Shown piece after piece: positions 9,404 through 18,355 of a DNA stretch of 64,000 bases (its first letter is position 1; each line of letters begins with the position of its first letter). This DNA is from an uncultured candidate division Zixibacteria bacterium (GTDB taxonomy: Bacteria > Zixibacteria > MSB-5A5 > UBA10806 > 4484-95), in contig CAXXKA010000010.1 in NCBI GenBank assembly GCA_963668625.2, positions 192,001 through 256,000 on the forward strand. The letters run 5' to 3'. The notes below the pieces were generated by a model. That model was not told the DNA's origin. It ran no database searches and saw only the letters and a list, made by a program, of their open reading frames with translations. The translations under genes were made by a program, and so were the position numbers.

Positions 9404-11176
9404 ATGCAATGGATACAAAACGCAAATAAGCTCGTTCACCTGGTTTTCGAGAAGACCCGTTACTCGGAGAACATGTTCATTATCATGCTCTCCCTGGCGG
9501 TCGGATTGTTTACCGGCTTAGGCTCGGTGGTTTTCCGATGGTTGATATTGACCAGTCGCGATTTCTTTTTCGGTTCGTTGCCCGAGACAACCTCGTTAAC
9601 CGGCTTTCCTCGCGAATGGTTCGTGCCGCTTATCCCCATGATTGGCGGTCTGTTAGTCGGCCCTATAGTGAAATTCGCCAGCGAGGCCAAAGGCCATGGC
9701 GTGCCGGAGGTGATGTCGGCGGTCGCCCTTAAAGGCGGCGTCATCCGTCCCCGTGTCTCTCTTGCCAAATCGATAGCCAGCGCTATCTGTATCGGTTCGG
9801 GGGGCTCGGCCGGTCGCGAGGGCCCTATCGTCCAAATCGGTTCTGCCATCGGTTCCTCTATTGGTCAGATGTTTCGGCTTTCGGGCAACCGGGTTAAGGT
9901 GCTTGTCGGCGCGGGCGCGGCCGGTGGTATATCGGCTGTGTTTAACGCCCCGATTGCCGGCGTGATATTCGCCCTCGAGGTCATCTTAGGCGATTTCACT
10001 ATCAAGACATTCTCGCCGGTGATACTATCCTCGGTTATCGCCTCGGTCGTATCGCGTTATTTTTTGGGCAATCACCCGGCTTTCGATATTCCGCAATACT
10101 CGCTGGTCTCGGCCTGGGAGATCCCCATGTATATGCTCCTGGGAGTATTCACCGGGGTTATCGCTATATTATTCATAAAGATGTTATACGGTTTCGAGGA
10201 TTTCTTCGATAAATGGAAATTCCCCAATATGCTCAAACCCGCTATTGGCGGGCTCCTATTAGGCGGGCTTGGATTATTCACCCCGCAGGTTTTCGCTGAT
10301 GGCTACGAGGCTATTTCATCCGCGCTTAGAGGCGATATGGTTTGGAACCTGATGCTGCTTCTGATATTCGCCAAGATACTGGCCACCTCGCTGACATTGG
10401 GTTCAGGCAACTCCGGCGGTATTTTCGCACCCTCGCTGTTTATGGGGGCAATGGCAGGCGGCTTTTTCGGCACCGTGATGAATTTCCTGTTCCCCGCTAT
10501 CACCGCTCCGCCCGCCGCTTATGCCCTGGTCGGTATGGGCGCAGTCGTGGCCGGAGCCACACATGCTACGATCACCTCGATAATCATCGTGTTCGAGATG
10601 ACCGGCGACTACCGCATTATACTGCCTATGATGATCGCCTGCGTGTTCGCCACGCTGGTGGCCAATCGCATAAACAGCGATTCGATATATACGCTCAAGC
10701 TCTCGCGTAAGGGTATCAACTTGAAATCCGGGCGAGATCAGAATATTCTCCAGGACATAGCGGTTAAAGAGGTGATGCGAACCGATTACCAGACGATACC
10801 CGTGCATCTTACGCTTACCGGCATAATGCGCATGATGGAGGATTCGGTTGAAAACTCGTTCCCGGTAACCGATAACGACCGCTTGTACGGTATACTCTCG
10901 TTCCAGGATTTGCGCACTGTCCTGACCCAGGAGGGGCAAGCTATTCCATCGTTGATTATAGCCTCCGATATAGCGACGCGCGAGATCATAACGGTAACTC
11001 CGGATGAGAACCTTCACGAGGCCCTGCAGAAATTCGGCAGCAAGGATATCGGTTTATTGCCGGTAGTGGATAAAGACGATCCCACGAAATTATTGGGCAT
11101 ATTAAAGCGCGGCGATGTCATGGCCTATTACAACAGACGTCTCGTAGGCAAAATGGCCGAGGAAGGCACGGAGTAA
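9404..11176 (+). CDS. ClC chloride channel / H+:Cl- antiporter with C-terminal CBS pair
   Basis: GHGVPEV, GREGP, GGIFAP and SIYT motifs, many TM helices and CBS domains. Confidence 0.92.
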   Translation: MQWIQNANKLVHLVFEKTRYSENMFIIMLSLAVGLFTGLGSVVFRWLILTSRDFFFGSLPETTSLTGFPREWFVPLIPMIGGLLVGPIVKFASEAKGHGVPEVMSAVALKGGVIRPRVSLAKSIASAICIGSGGSAGREGPIVQIGSAIGSSIGQMFRLSGNRVKVLVGAGAAGGISAVFNAPIAGVIFALEVILGDFTIKTFSPVILSSVIASVVSRYFLGNHPAFDIPQYSLVSAWEIPMYMLLGVFTGVIAILFIKMLYGFEDFFDKWKFPNMLKPAIGGLLLGGLGLFTPQVFADGYEAISSALRGDMVWNLMLLLIFAKILATSLTLGSGNSGGIFAPSLFMGAMAGGFFGTVMNFLFPAITAPPAAYALVGMGAVVAGATHATITSIIIVFEMTGDYRIILPMMIACVFATLVANRINSDSIYTLKLSRKGINLKSGRDQNILQDIAVKEVMRTDYQTIPVHLTLTGIMRMMEDSVENSFPVTDNDRLYGILSFQDLRTVLTQEGQAIPSLIIASDIATREIITVTPDENLHEALQKFGSKDIGLLPVVDKDDPTKLLGILKRGDVMAYYNRRLVGKMAEEGTE

Positions 11177-11371
11177 CGCGCGCTTGCGCATCGTAGGGGC
11201 GTATCGACATACGCCCGGGGGGGTGGTTTGGAGAATTACCACCAAAGCTTCAAATATAATAATCACTTATAAATTTGATGGTGTATGATTGATGGGCAGA
11301 GAGCTGTTTAGCGCGGGTTAGTCAAGACTTGAGTAGGTTCAACCTACTGAACAATAGATAAACTAAAATGC

Positions 11372-12117
11372 TTAAGTGTAATTGGGTTTAGTTTTACCAA
11401 CAAGATATGATTTTAAATATCTCTTTACATTAGCATTTTGACTTAATGAAATCAGGTTCTTTTCGGATGATTGCGCTTTATTATATTTATTTGGGAAAAA
11501 CAATAGTAGTAGTATTATTAATAATGGCCATAATTCGTCTGATTTATTATCTAATCTATCGATTAAATCACCATCAGGTTTTAATAAAGAACCAATCTTG
11601 CAGTATTTAAGGAAACTGCTATTATGAACATGAGTATATCTACTTAAGATTCCATATATATCATTAAGCCTCTCACAAATATTTATTACACCGACAAATC
11701 TTTATGTTCATCTGTTCTTGATATAAATTCTAGCAATAGTTGAAAATTTAATTCTCTATATCCATTTCTACTTTTAGTCCAATGATACTCTATTGGATGG
11801 CTGTTTAAATAAATGTATTTTAAAGTTAGTTCAATACTTTGCCTAAGCATAGAGAAGACAGGATTTGATATATTCTTTAATGCTAAAACCTGAACGATGT
11901 AATTACTTTCAATAATAGCAGTCAAGTACTCTTTAGCTCTTGTATTCTTTCCTATTACTGTTGATGCGCAAGCTAAGGAAAGATAATTTCTATATATATG
12001 TTTTAATTTATGATCGATAGGGGATATTGTTTTCTCAGAAATACCCCAATTATTTAGAAGATCAGATTTAAAATGATTAAATTCATCAGAAATGAATTTT
12101 TTTAATGTATTATTCAT
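11372..12117 (-). pseudogene. HEPN-like/DUF5677-like helical protein, frameshifted near 11690
   Basis: ORF 11686-12117 continues in the -1 frame (VINICERLNDIYGILSRYTHVH...KPNYT*) to TAA at 11372-11374. LRQSIE and Y..LS.Y.H motifs. Confidence 0.6.
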
Positions 12118-12633
12118 TTTTAGTAAGAATTTTGAATAACTCTAGATAAGCTTGCTCATTATTTTGGTAGTTAAGAGATTTATTAAGAAATCTTCTAATT
12201 GCTTTTTGCCTTTTTTGATTTGGCATTTGCCTTAGTTCATTCCAAGCCCTTTCTATAATATAACTTCTTCCTCGTTTAACATAACTATTAGAATCTAATT
12301 TAATATCAAATAATACATTAAGAGTTTCAATAAATCACTATTATATTTAATGAAATTTTTATCATTTAATACTTCAAAAAAGTACTTTTTAAAATTGAAA
12401 TTCTCAACATCGTTATTATTGCTATTACTCTGATTGTTATTTCTATTATCTGCAATAGTATCTTTATTACTTCCGGATTTTAGCGCAAATCTAAAGTCAA
12501 GAATAGTATCAATTTGCTTAACAATAGCATCTTGAGTTTTCGGTTGCTTTATTGCGAGTTTTAATTTATGTAACTCATTATCAGAAAAATTAAGAAATGA
12601 TTCAAATAGCTTTGATAATAATTGATCAATCAT
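12110..12633 (-). pseudogene. hypothetical protein, frameshifted near 12330
   Basis: ORF 12295-12633 continues in the -1 frame (ETLNVLFDIKLD...LFKILTKNE*) to TAA at 12110-12112, which overlaps the ATG of the next gene. Confidence 0.6.
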
Positions 12634-13507
12634 TTTCTTTTCTTTCTTCTATTTCATCCAAAACTTCGCTAGCAATTGCTTTTAATTCCTGAGTTGCTAG
12701 AGTTTTACCTTTTGTTCCTCGTCCCGTCACGCGTTGAACAGGTACTGCTTGCCAAAGAGTTTTTTTAAACACCTCAAGATGTGATAATCTTGAGGAAAAA
12801 ACAAGTAAATCTTCAGATGATTCCTCTATAGCCTTTTCAACTCTATTCATAGATTGTTTTGTTTCTGTCGGTAATCTTCTATCAACATCGGTGAAAACTA
12901 TCCCTAGAGGATGAACATCATGTTGGTCAATTTGGCGCTCTTTGAAGTCTGCGAGCGTATTAATGAATTGTGGTATTCCTAAAGTAGAGAAGAAATCTGG
13001 TTTAACTGGGATAATAACAAAATCACTAGCTGCAAATGCACTCAAAGTTAGGACACTAGGCGTTGGGGGACAATCTATAAATACATAATCATAATCGTTT
13101 GCATGTTTGCGTATGAATTTGTCAACTAGGTATTCTTTATGCGAAGGGTTGCTTAAAGTTTCATATAACTCAATTCTTGAAGGAATAAGGTCTAAGGATA
13201 TACTTTCATTATTTGATTTATACCAAATAGTTTTGCAAAACATAGATGGATTAATTTTTTTTCGTTTTTTCCCAACACCAGGACTTTTTTCATATATATT
13301 ATAAATTGTCAATAATTGGTTTGTTTTAATACATTTTTCAATATAAGTTTTTGGATTTAACAGAGAACTTGTTGCATTAAATTGGGGATCATTGTCAATT
13401 ACAAGAACTTTATTCCCTTGTGAGAATAATTCGAACGCAAGATTAACACAGAGCGTTGTTTTACCTACTCCACCTTTCATATTTGCGAATGAAATAACTG
13501 TTGGCAT
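12626..13507 (-). CDS. parA: ParA/Soj-family ATPase (orphan, in AT-rich island)
   Basis: KGGVGKTT deviant Walker A, IDNDPQFNAT and FIDCPP. Confidence 0.9.
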   Translation of the reverse strand: MPTVISFANMKGGVGKTTLCVNLAFELFSQGNKVLVIDNDPQFNATSSLLNPKTYIEKCIKTNQLLTIYNIYEKSPGVGKKRKKINPSMFCKTIWYKSNNESISLDLIPSRIELYETLSNPSHKEYLVDKFIRKHANDYDYVFIDCPPTPSVLTLSAFAASDFVIIPVKPDFFSTLGIPQFINTLADFKERQIDQHDVHPLGIVFTDVDRRLPTETKQSMNRVEKAIEESSEDLLVFSSRLSHLEVFKKTLWQAVPVQRVTGRGTKGKTLATQELKAIASEVLDEIEERKEND

Positions 13508-13818
13508 AGATAACCCCTTTGATTTTTGTTCTAAGTATAAATCATTTTTATGTGATAATCAACCTATTTGTTAATCTTATGGATTGTTTAAATTAGCATG
13601 CTTTATTGGCAAGTGAAAAATTGATTAATACAACAGATTCCCCTAAAAATAAAACAATTTGACCTTCCCGCTTAAAAATCTTACTTTAAACCGTTTATTG
13701 ATAATTCGCCGGGTGTGATTCAATTGTCGTATCGGGCGGGTTAATGGATTGCTTTTTGATTCCCATGCCGGAGTGTCCATTTTAGCCTCGGGCAGGGATG
13801 ACATAAATTTCAGGAGGA

Positions 13819-14910
13819 GTGATGTCTGAAAAACGGACGCCTTTTTACGATATCCATAAAGAACTTGGCGCTAAAATCGTGCCGTTCGCCGGTTATTTAA
13901 TGCCGGTGATGTATGACTCTATCACCGCCGAGCATCAGAGAGTGCGGCAAACTGTCGGCATGTTCGATATCTCCCATATGGGCGAGTTCATCGTGCGCGG
14001 CGAGGGCGCAAAAGATTTCGTCCAGAAACTGGTCACCAACGATATCACCAAACTGGCGATCAACCAGGTTATGTACACCGCCATGTGTTACGAGGACGGC
14101 GGCATAGTAGATGACCTTCTGGTGTACAACATGGAGGATCATATCATGCTGGTGGTAAACGCCTCCAACATGGATAAGGATTTTGCGCATATAGCCGGCC
14201 TCAAGCCCGATAATGTCGAGCTGACCAATATCTCCGATGATATCGCGCTGATCGCCGTGCAGGGTCCGAAAGCGCAGGAGTTGATGGCGAAGCTGGCAGA
14301 TTACCCTTACGATAATCTCAAGTATTACAACGCCGACTATATCGAGATCGCCGGTGTGAAATTCGTATTCTCGCGTACCGGCTATACCGGCGAGGATGGT
14401 TTCGAGCTGTATATTCCCGCCGATAAGGCCTCGAAAGTATGGGGGCCGATTTATGAACTGGTCAAGGAATACGGCGGCAGCCCGATCGGCCTGGGCGCCA
14501 GGGATTCCCTTCGCCTGGAAATGAAATTCGCTTTATACGGCAACGATATCTGGGAGAAGACCAACCCGATAGAGGCCGGTTTAGGCTGGGTTGTCAAATT
14601 AGATAAGGGTGATTTTATCGGCCGGGATGTTATCGCGAAAGTCAAAGAGGAAAAACCCTCCCGCAAGCTTATAGGTTTCGAGATAGAGGGCAAAGTTATT
14701 CCCCGCCAGCACTATCCTATCGTCCTTAACGGCAATCGGATAGGCGAGGTAACCTCGGGCCTGTTTTCACCCTCGCTTCAAAAAGCGATAGGCATGGGTT
14801 ATGTGGAGAGCCGGTACTCTAAAATCGGCTCGGAATTCGAGGTGGAGATTCGCGGCAAAGGCATTCCGGCAAAGGTCGTGAAACCCCCATTTTATAAACG
14901 GAACAGTTAA
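13819..14910 (+). CDS. gcvT: glycine cleavage system aminomethyltransferase T
   Basis: RTPFY, FDISHMG, RTGYTGEDGFE, GLGARDSLRLE and PFYK. Confidence 0.97.
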   Translation: MMSEKRTPFYDIHKELGAKIVPFAGYLMPVMYDSITAEHQRVRQTVGMFDISHMGEFIVRGEGAKDFVQKLVTNDITKLAINQVMYTAMCYEDGGIVDDLLVYNMEDHIMLVVNASNMDKDFAHIAGLKPDNVELTNISDDIALIAVQGPKAQELMAKLADYPYDNLKYYNADYIEIAGVKFVFSRTGYTGEDGFELYIPADKASKVWGPIYELVKEYGGSPIGLGARDSLRLEMKFALYGNDIWEKTNPIEAGLGWVVKLDKGDFIGRDVIAKVKEEKPSRKLIGFEIEGKVIPRQHYPIVLNGNRIGEVTSGLFSPSLQKAIGMGYVESRYSKIGSEFEVEIRGKGIPAKVVKPPFYKRNS

Positions 14911-14959
14911 TACATTTTATTGTATACCGTGACAAATTCTACCGATACTTCCTCTAGAG

Positions 14960-15091
14960 GTTGTTGAAAAAACTCTCGTTGGTGTCGTCAGGAATATTTT
15001 CCTGACGGAATTCCGCATGGATCAAGGTGGCAGGAGGATGAACAAAGGATTTCGCCTGCCAACCGCCCGGGCAAGAAGATTTTTCAACAAC
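14960..15091. mobile_element. MITE-like element with GTTGTTGAAAAA/TTTTTCAACAAC terminal inverted repeats
   Basis: 12-bp TIRs. A diverged inverted copy at 39310-39449 shares the internal segment ATGAACAAAGGA.TTCG. Confidence 0.65.
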
Positions 15092-15113
15092 TCCTTATGA
15101 GGGGGTATCGGTT

Positions 15114-15869
15114 TTGAATATACTGACTTTTTTCACACCAGCTGAGCTCTCAACCGTCCGGCTCGATTCCGAGGTTGCGGTAGTAATTGATGTGCTCAGG
15201 GGGTCGACCTCATTGGTGACCGCGTTGAACAACGGCGCCTCCAGAATAATACCGGTTGGCGATATGGCCAATGCCAGAAAACTGGCCGAATTGAATCACG
15301 ATGATTCGCCGGTACTCTGCGGCAGTATCAACAGCGAGATAATAGATGGTTTCGAACTGGGAAATTCGCCGCTGGAATACCAGCCCGCGAGGGTAGCGGG
15401 AAAAACACTGATTTATTGTTCGGTTAACATGGCCCGTTCGCTGGCGGTGGCCAGGGCGCAAAGCAGGGTATTAATAGGTTGTTTCAATAATCTTTATTCA
15501 TTGATGAATCTTATCGGGGACGTATCGACCCTTTTGATATTATGTTCGGGAAAGAACGGCCGGTTCTCACTCGAGGACACTGTTTGCGCCGGAATGCTCA
15601 TACAATTAGTGCTTAACAAGCTCGAATCCGATTTCAGCCTGAACGACGCCTCCTCGACCGCTCGCTACCTGTTCTACCGTCACCACCGGGATATTAAAGG
15701 TATGTTGGCCCAATCCTCGCATGGTTTATTTCTCAATAAACTGGGTTACGGGGATGATATCGAGTACGCCTCCCTGCTAAACACATTTGATATCGTACCG
15801 GAGATGTCCCTGGATAAGAAATATCTGCTAAGGGCGGTTTCCGTTGAAAGCGATGTCGAAGTATCCTGA
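15114..15869 (+). CDS. comB: 2-phosphosulfolactate phosphatase family protein
   Basis: VVIDVLR, GFELGNSP and FSLED..CAG. Confidence 0.85.
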   Translation: MNILTFFTPAELSTVRLDSEVAVVIDVLRGSTSLVTALNNGASRIIPVGDMANARKLAELNHDDSPVLCGSINSEIIDGFELGNSPLEYQPARVAGKTLIYCSVNMARSLAVARAQSRVLIGCFNNLYSLMNLIGDVSTLLILCSGKNGRFSLEDTVCAGMLIQLVLNKLESDFSLNDASSTARYLFYRHHRDIKGMLAQSSHGLFLNKLGYGDDIEYASLLNTFDIVPEMSLDKKYLLRAVSVESDVEVS

Positions 15870-15964
15870 TTTAACTCCCGTCTTATGATTTCATGGTTTG
15901 ATTTAACCGATCCGGTTTGTTATATTGCTTTCGAATAAACATTAATTCGAGAAAGTTTTAAGGT

Positions 15965-17080
15965 ATGGCTACAAAATTACAATTTGGAATAATAGGGCTG
16001 GGACAATCGGGCAAAACTACGGTATTCAACTCGCTTTCGGGCGCTAAGGCCTCGGTCGGCGATTACGCCTCGGGTAAGTCGCCCAATATCGCAATGGTGA
16101 AAATACCGGAGCCGAGAGTTCATCGACTGGCGGAGTTGTTCGTTTCGGCCAAGATGACGTTCGGCGAGATTGAATTCGTCGATATCGCCGGTATGTCAGG
16201 GCAAGCCGGCGGGGACCGCTCGGAGATGGCGGGCAAACTGGATGATATCAGTTACGTTCACGCTATCAGGATGGCGCAAGCGTTGTTGGTGGTAGTACGA
16301 TGTTTTAACGATCCCAACGTGCCGCATCCGCACAATTCCGTGAATCCGACCCGCGATATCGATAATCTGGAAGCGGAGTTGAAACTTGTAGACCTGGTGC
16401 AGATAGAGAAACGTGTCGAAAAATTGATTCATCAGATTAAGGTTAAACCTACCGAGGATAACAAGCGAGAATTAGCCCTGATGGAGAAAATGCAAGCCCA
16501 CCTGGAGGATGATAAACCTCTTCGCGAGATGGAATTCACCAGGGAGGATGACCAGATATTAGGTTCGTTCAGGTTTTTAAGCCAGAAACCGGTATTGTAT
16601 CTTCTTAACCTGGATGAGGAGCAGCTTAACGAATCCGAGGAACTCGAGAGCAAGTACTTTCCCGAGGTCGGCGCCAAGATGGCGGTAGCCTCGCTTTGCG
16701 GCAAACTGGAGATGGAAATAGCCGCTCTTGATGAGGACGATCGGGAGATGTTTTTAGCCGACCTGGGACTTTCCAAACCGGCCGCCGACAGGGTGATACG
16801 CAGCGCGTTCGATCTACTGGGTTATATAACATTCTTAACCGCCGGCGAGACCGAGTCACGCGCCTGGCCCATACCCGATGGTTACACCGCTTATGACGCC
16901 GCCGGGGAGATACACACGGATATACAGCGCGGTTTTATCAAAGCCGAGACCTTTCATTTCACCGATATCGATGAGTTGAAAGATACGAACGCAATCAAGA
17001 AAGCCGGTAAATTCCGTCTTGAGGGCAAAACTTACCTGGTAAAAGACGGGGATGTGATATTGTTCAGGTTCAACGTGTAG
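15965..17080 (+). CDS. ychF: redox-regulated ATPase YchF
   Basis: GxxxxGKTT, EFVDIAG, AAGEIHTDIQRGFIKAE and GK.RLEGK.Y.VKDGDV..FRFNV. Confidence 0.95.
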   Translation: MATKLQFGIIGLGQSGKTTVFNSLSGAKASVGDYASGKSPNIAMVKIPEPRVHRLAELFVSAKMTFGEIEFVDIAGMSGQAGGDRSEMAGKLDDISYVHAIRMAQALLVVVRCFNDPNVPHPHNSVNPTRDIDNLEAELKLVDLVQIEKRVEKLIHQIKVKPTEDNKRELALMEKMQAHLEDDKPLREMEFTREDDQILGSFRFLSQKPVLYLLNLDEEQLNESEELESKYFPEVGAKMAVASLCGKLEMEIAALDEDDREMFLADLGLSKPAADRVIRSAFDLLGYITFLTAGETESRAWPIPDGYTAYDAAGEIHTDIQRGFIKAETFHFTDIDELKDTNAIKKAGKFRLEGKTYLVKDGDVILFRFNV

Positions 17081-17306
17081 GGCTTACCATTGAAGGAGTA
17101 GCTCACCCCAGCTATTGTGGGGTGGGATCGGTTGATCGCACGTATATTATCTTCTCTGAGCCGTTATAAATCCTTTTCGTTAGCCGCAGATATCCCCATT
17201 CGCCCCGCTTGCGTATACTTGTCGAAACTGTAGGAATTTCAATCCACGCTGCTAAAAGATTTCTCCATCAAACGTATATAATCTATGGGATGTGATGGAA
17301 GTTATC

Positions 17307-18152
17307 TTACCTGGTAAGGTCGCGGTATAGGTATGTCGCGCCGCCGAGTATGAACAGGTTGATACCTATGCCGAAAATGATTTTCAAACCCATCAGCCAC
17401 AGTATCAAATCGGGATTCAGAGTGTAGACGATGCGTGGTCCGAAGTCACGAATTATGATATCGAAAATCAAGCGGATCGTGCCGGGGAAGAAGACAATAA
17501 AATATGTCATAAAAAAGTTATGACTGCAAAGACTGAAACTCTCTCCGATCGCGCCGAAAAACGATTTTTTGCCTATGATTATCGAGGGGAAGGCATATAA
17601 CAAAAACGCCGAGGGTATGAACGCCATATATTGGAGGATAACTTTCAAAAGAATTATCCTTCGAGGCGAACCGAAAACTATTTCCACGAATAATAGTGAT
17701 AGTACTTTGAATATCGCGAATACGAGTATTAGTTCAAAAAGCCAGATAAATAATAATTTGATGTAAGACCGGAATGCCAGACCGAATCCTCTAGAGGTAG
17801 ACTGATTTTTCCCCTCATATAATCCGCCTAACTTGTAAACGGCGACGGCCGAGAATATCACCCAGAACGTGGGACCTAATATATAGTTGTCGAAATCGGT
17901 GAAAACACGGGGGACTGTAAGCAGATAAAACGGATAGTGAAACGGCTGGCTGGGTAGAACTTGCGATAGCAACGGCTGGATGAATTCTTTCCAACCCGGC
18001 ATAGCAAACCAGGTAAGAAGAATCAATCCCAGGGCTTGAGCCAGCGCCAGATAGAAAAACGGCGCCCAGGATGATGGTTTGAAGGTATTGGCAAACATCT
18101 GCATGTATGTTTTAAAAAATAGATTAAGCTTGTCAATGGCCGAGTATCGCAT
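17307..18152 (-). CDS. hypothetical multi-pass membrane protein
   Basis: 281 aa with about 6 hydrophobic segments and a GGAG SD. Confidence 0.75.
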   Translation of the reverse strand: MRYSAIDKLNLFFKTYMQMFANTFKPSSWAPFFYLALAQALGLILLTWFAMPGWKEFIQPLLSQVLPSQPFHYPFYLLTVPRVFTDFDNYILGPTFWVIFSAVAVYKLGGLYEGKNQSTSRGFGLAFRSYIKLLFIWLFELILVFAIFKVLSLLFVEIVFGSPRRIILLKVILQYMAFIPSAFLLYAFPSIIIGKKSFFGAIGESFSLCSHNFFMTYFIVFFPGTIRLIFDIIIRDFGPRIVYTLNPDLILWLMGLKIIFGIGINLFILGGATYLYRDLTR

Positions 18153-18355
18153 AACGCTCCCGTTTAACGTAGTTTAACACCAACACTAATGGTATCGTCA
18201 TAAAGACTATTGTATTTAAAAAAATGATTTAGAGCAATTGTTAATTATTGGGCTTGTTAAAATGGTGTGTATTGATTAGATTGGAGGTGTATTGTAAGGA
18301 AAGTGTAATTGTGATGATTAGCTAATAATATTAACGATTATCGAAGGGATTAGTT

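Noticed and set aside
12626-13507. Chromosomal parAB/oriC region or prophage partition module
   Set aside because: There is no parB, parS palindrome, dnaA/gidAB or phage gene nearby.
13690-13818. Glycine riboswitch upstream of gcvT
   Set aside because: The conserved GGAGA...CCGAAG...CTCTCAGG aptamer elements are not present.
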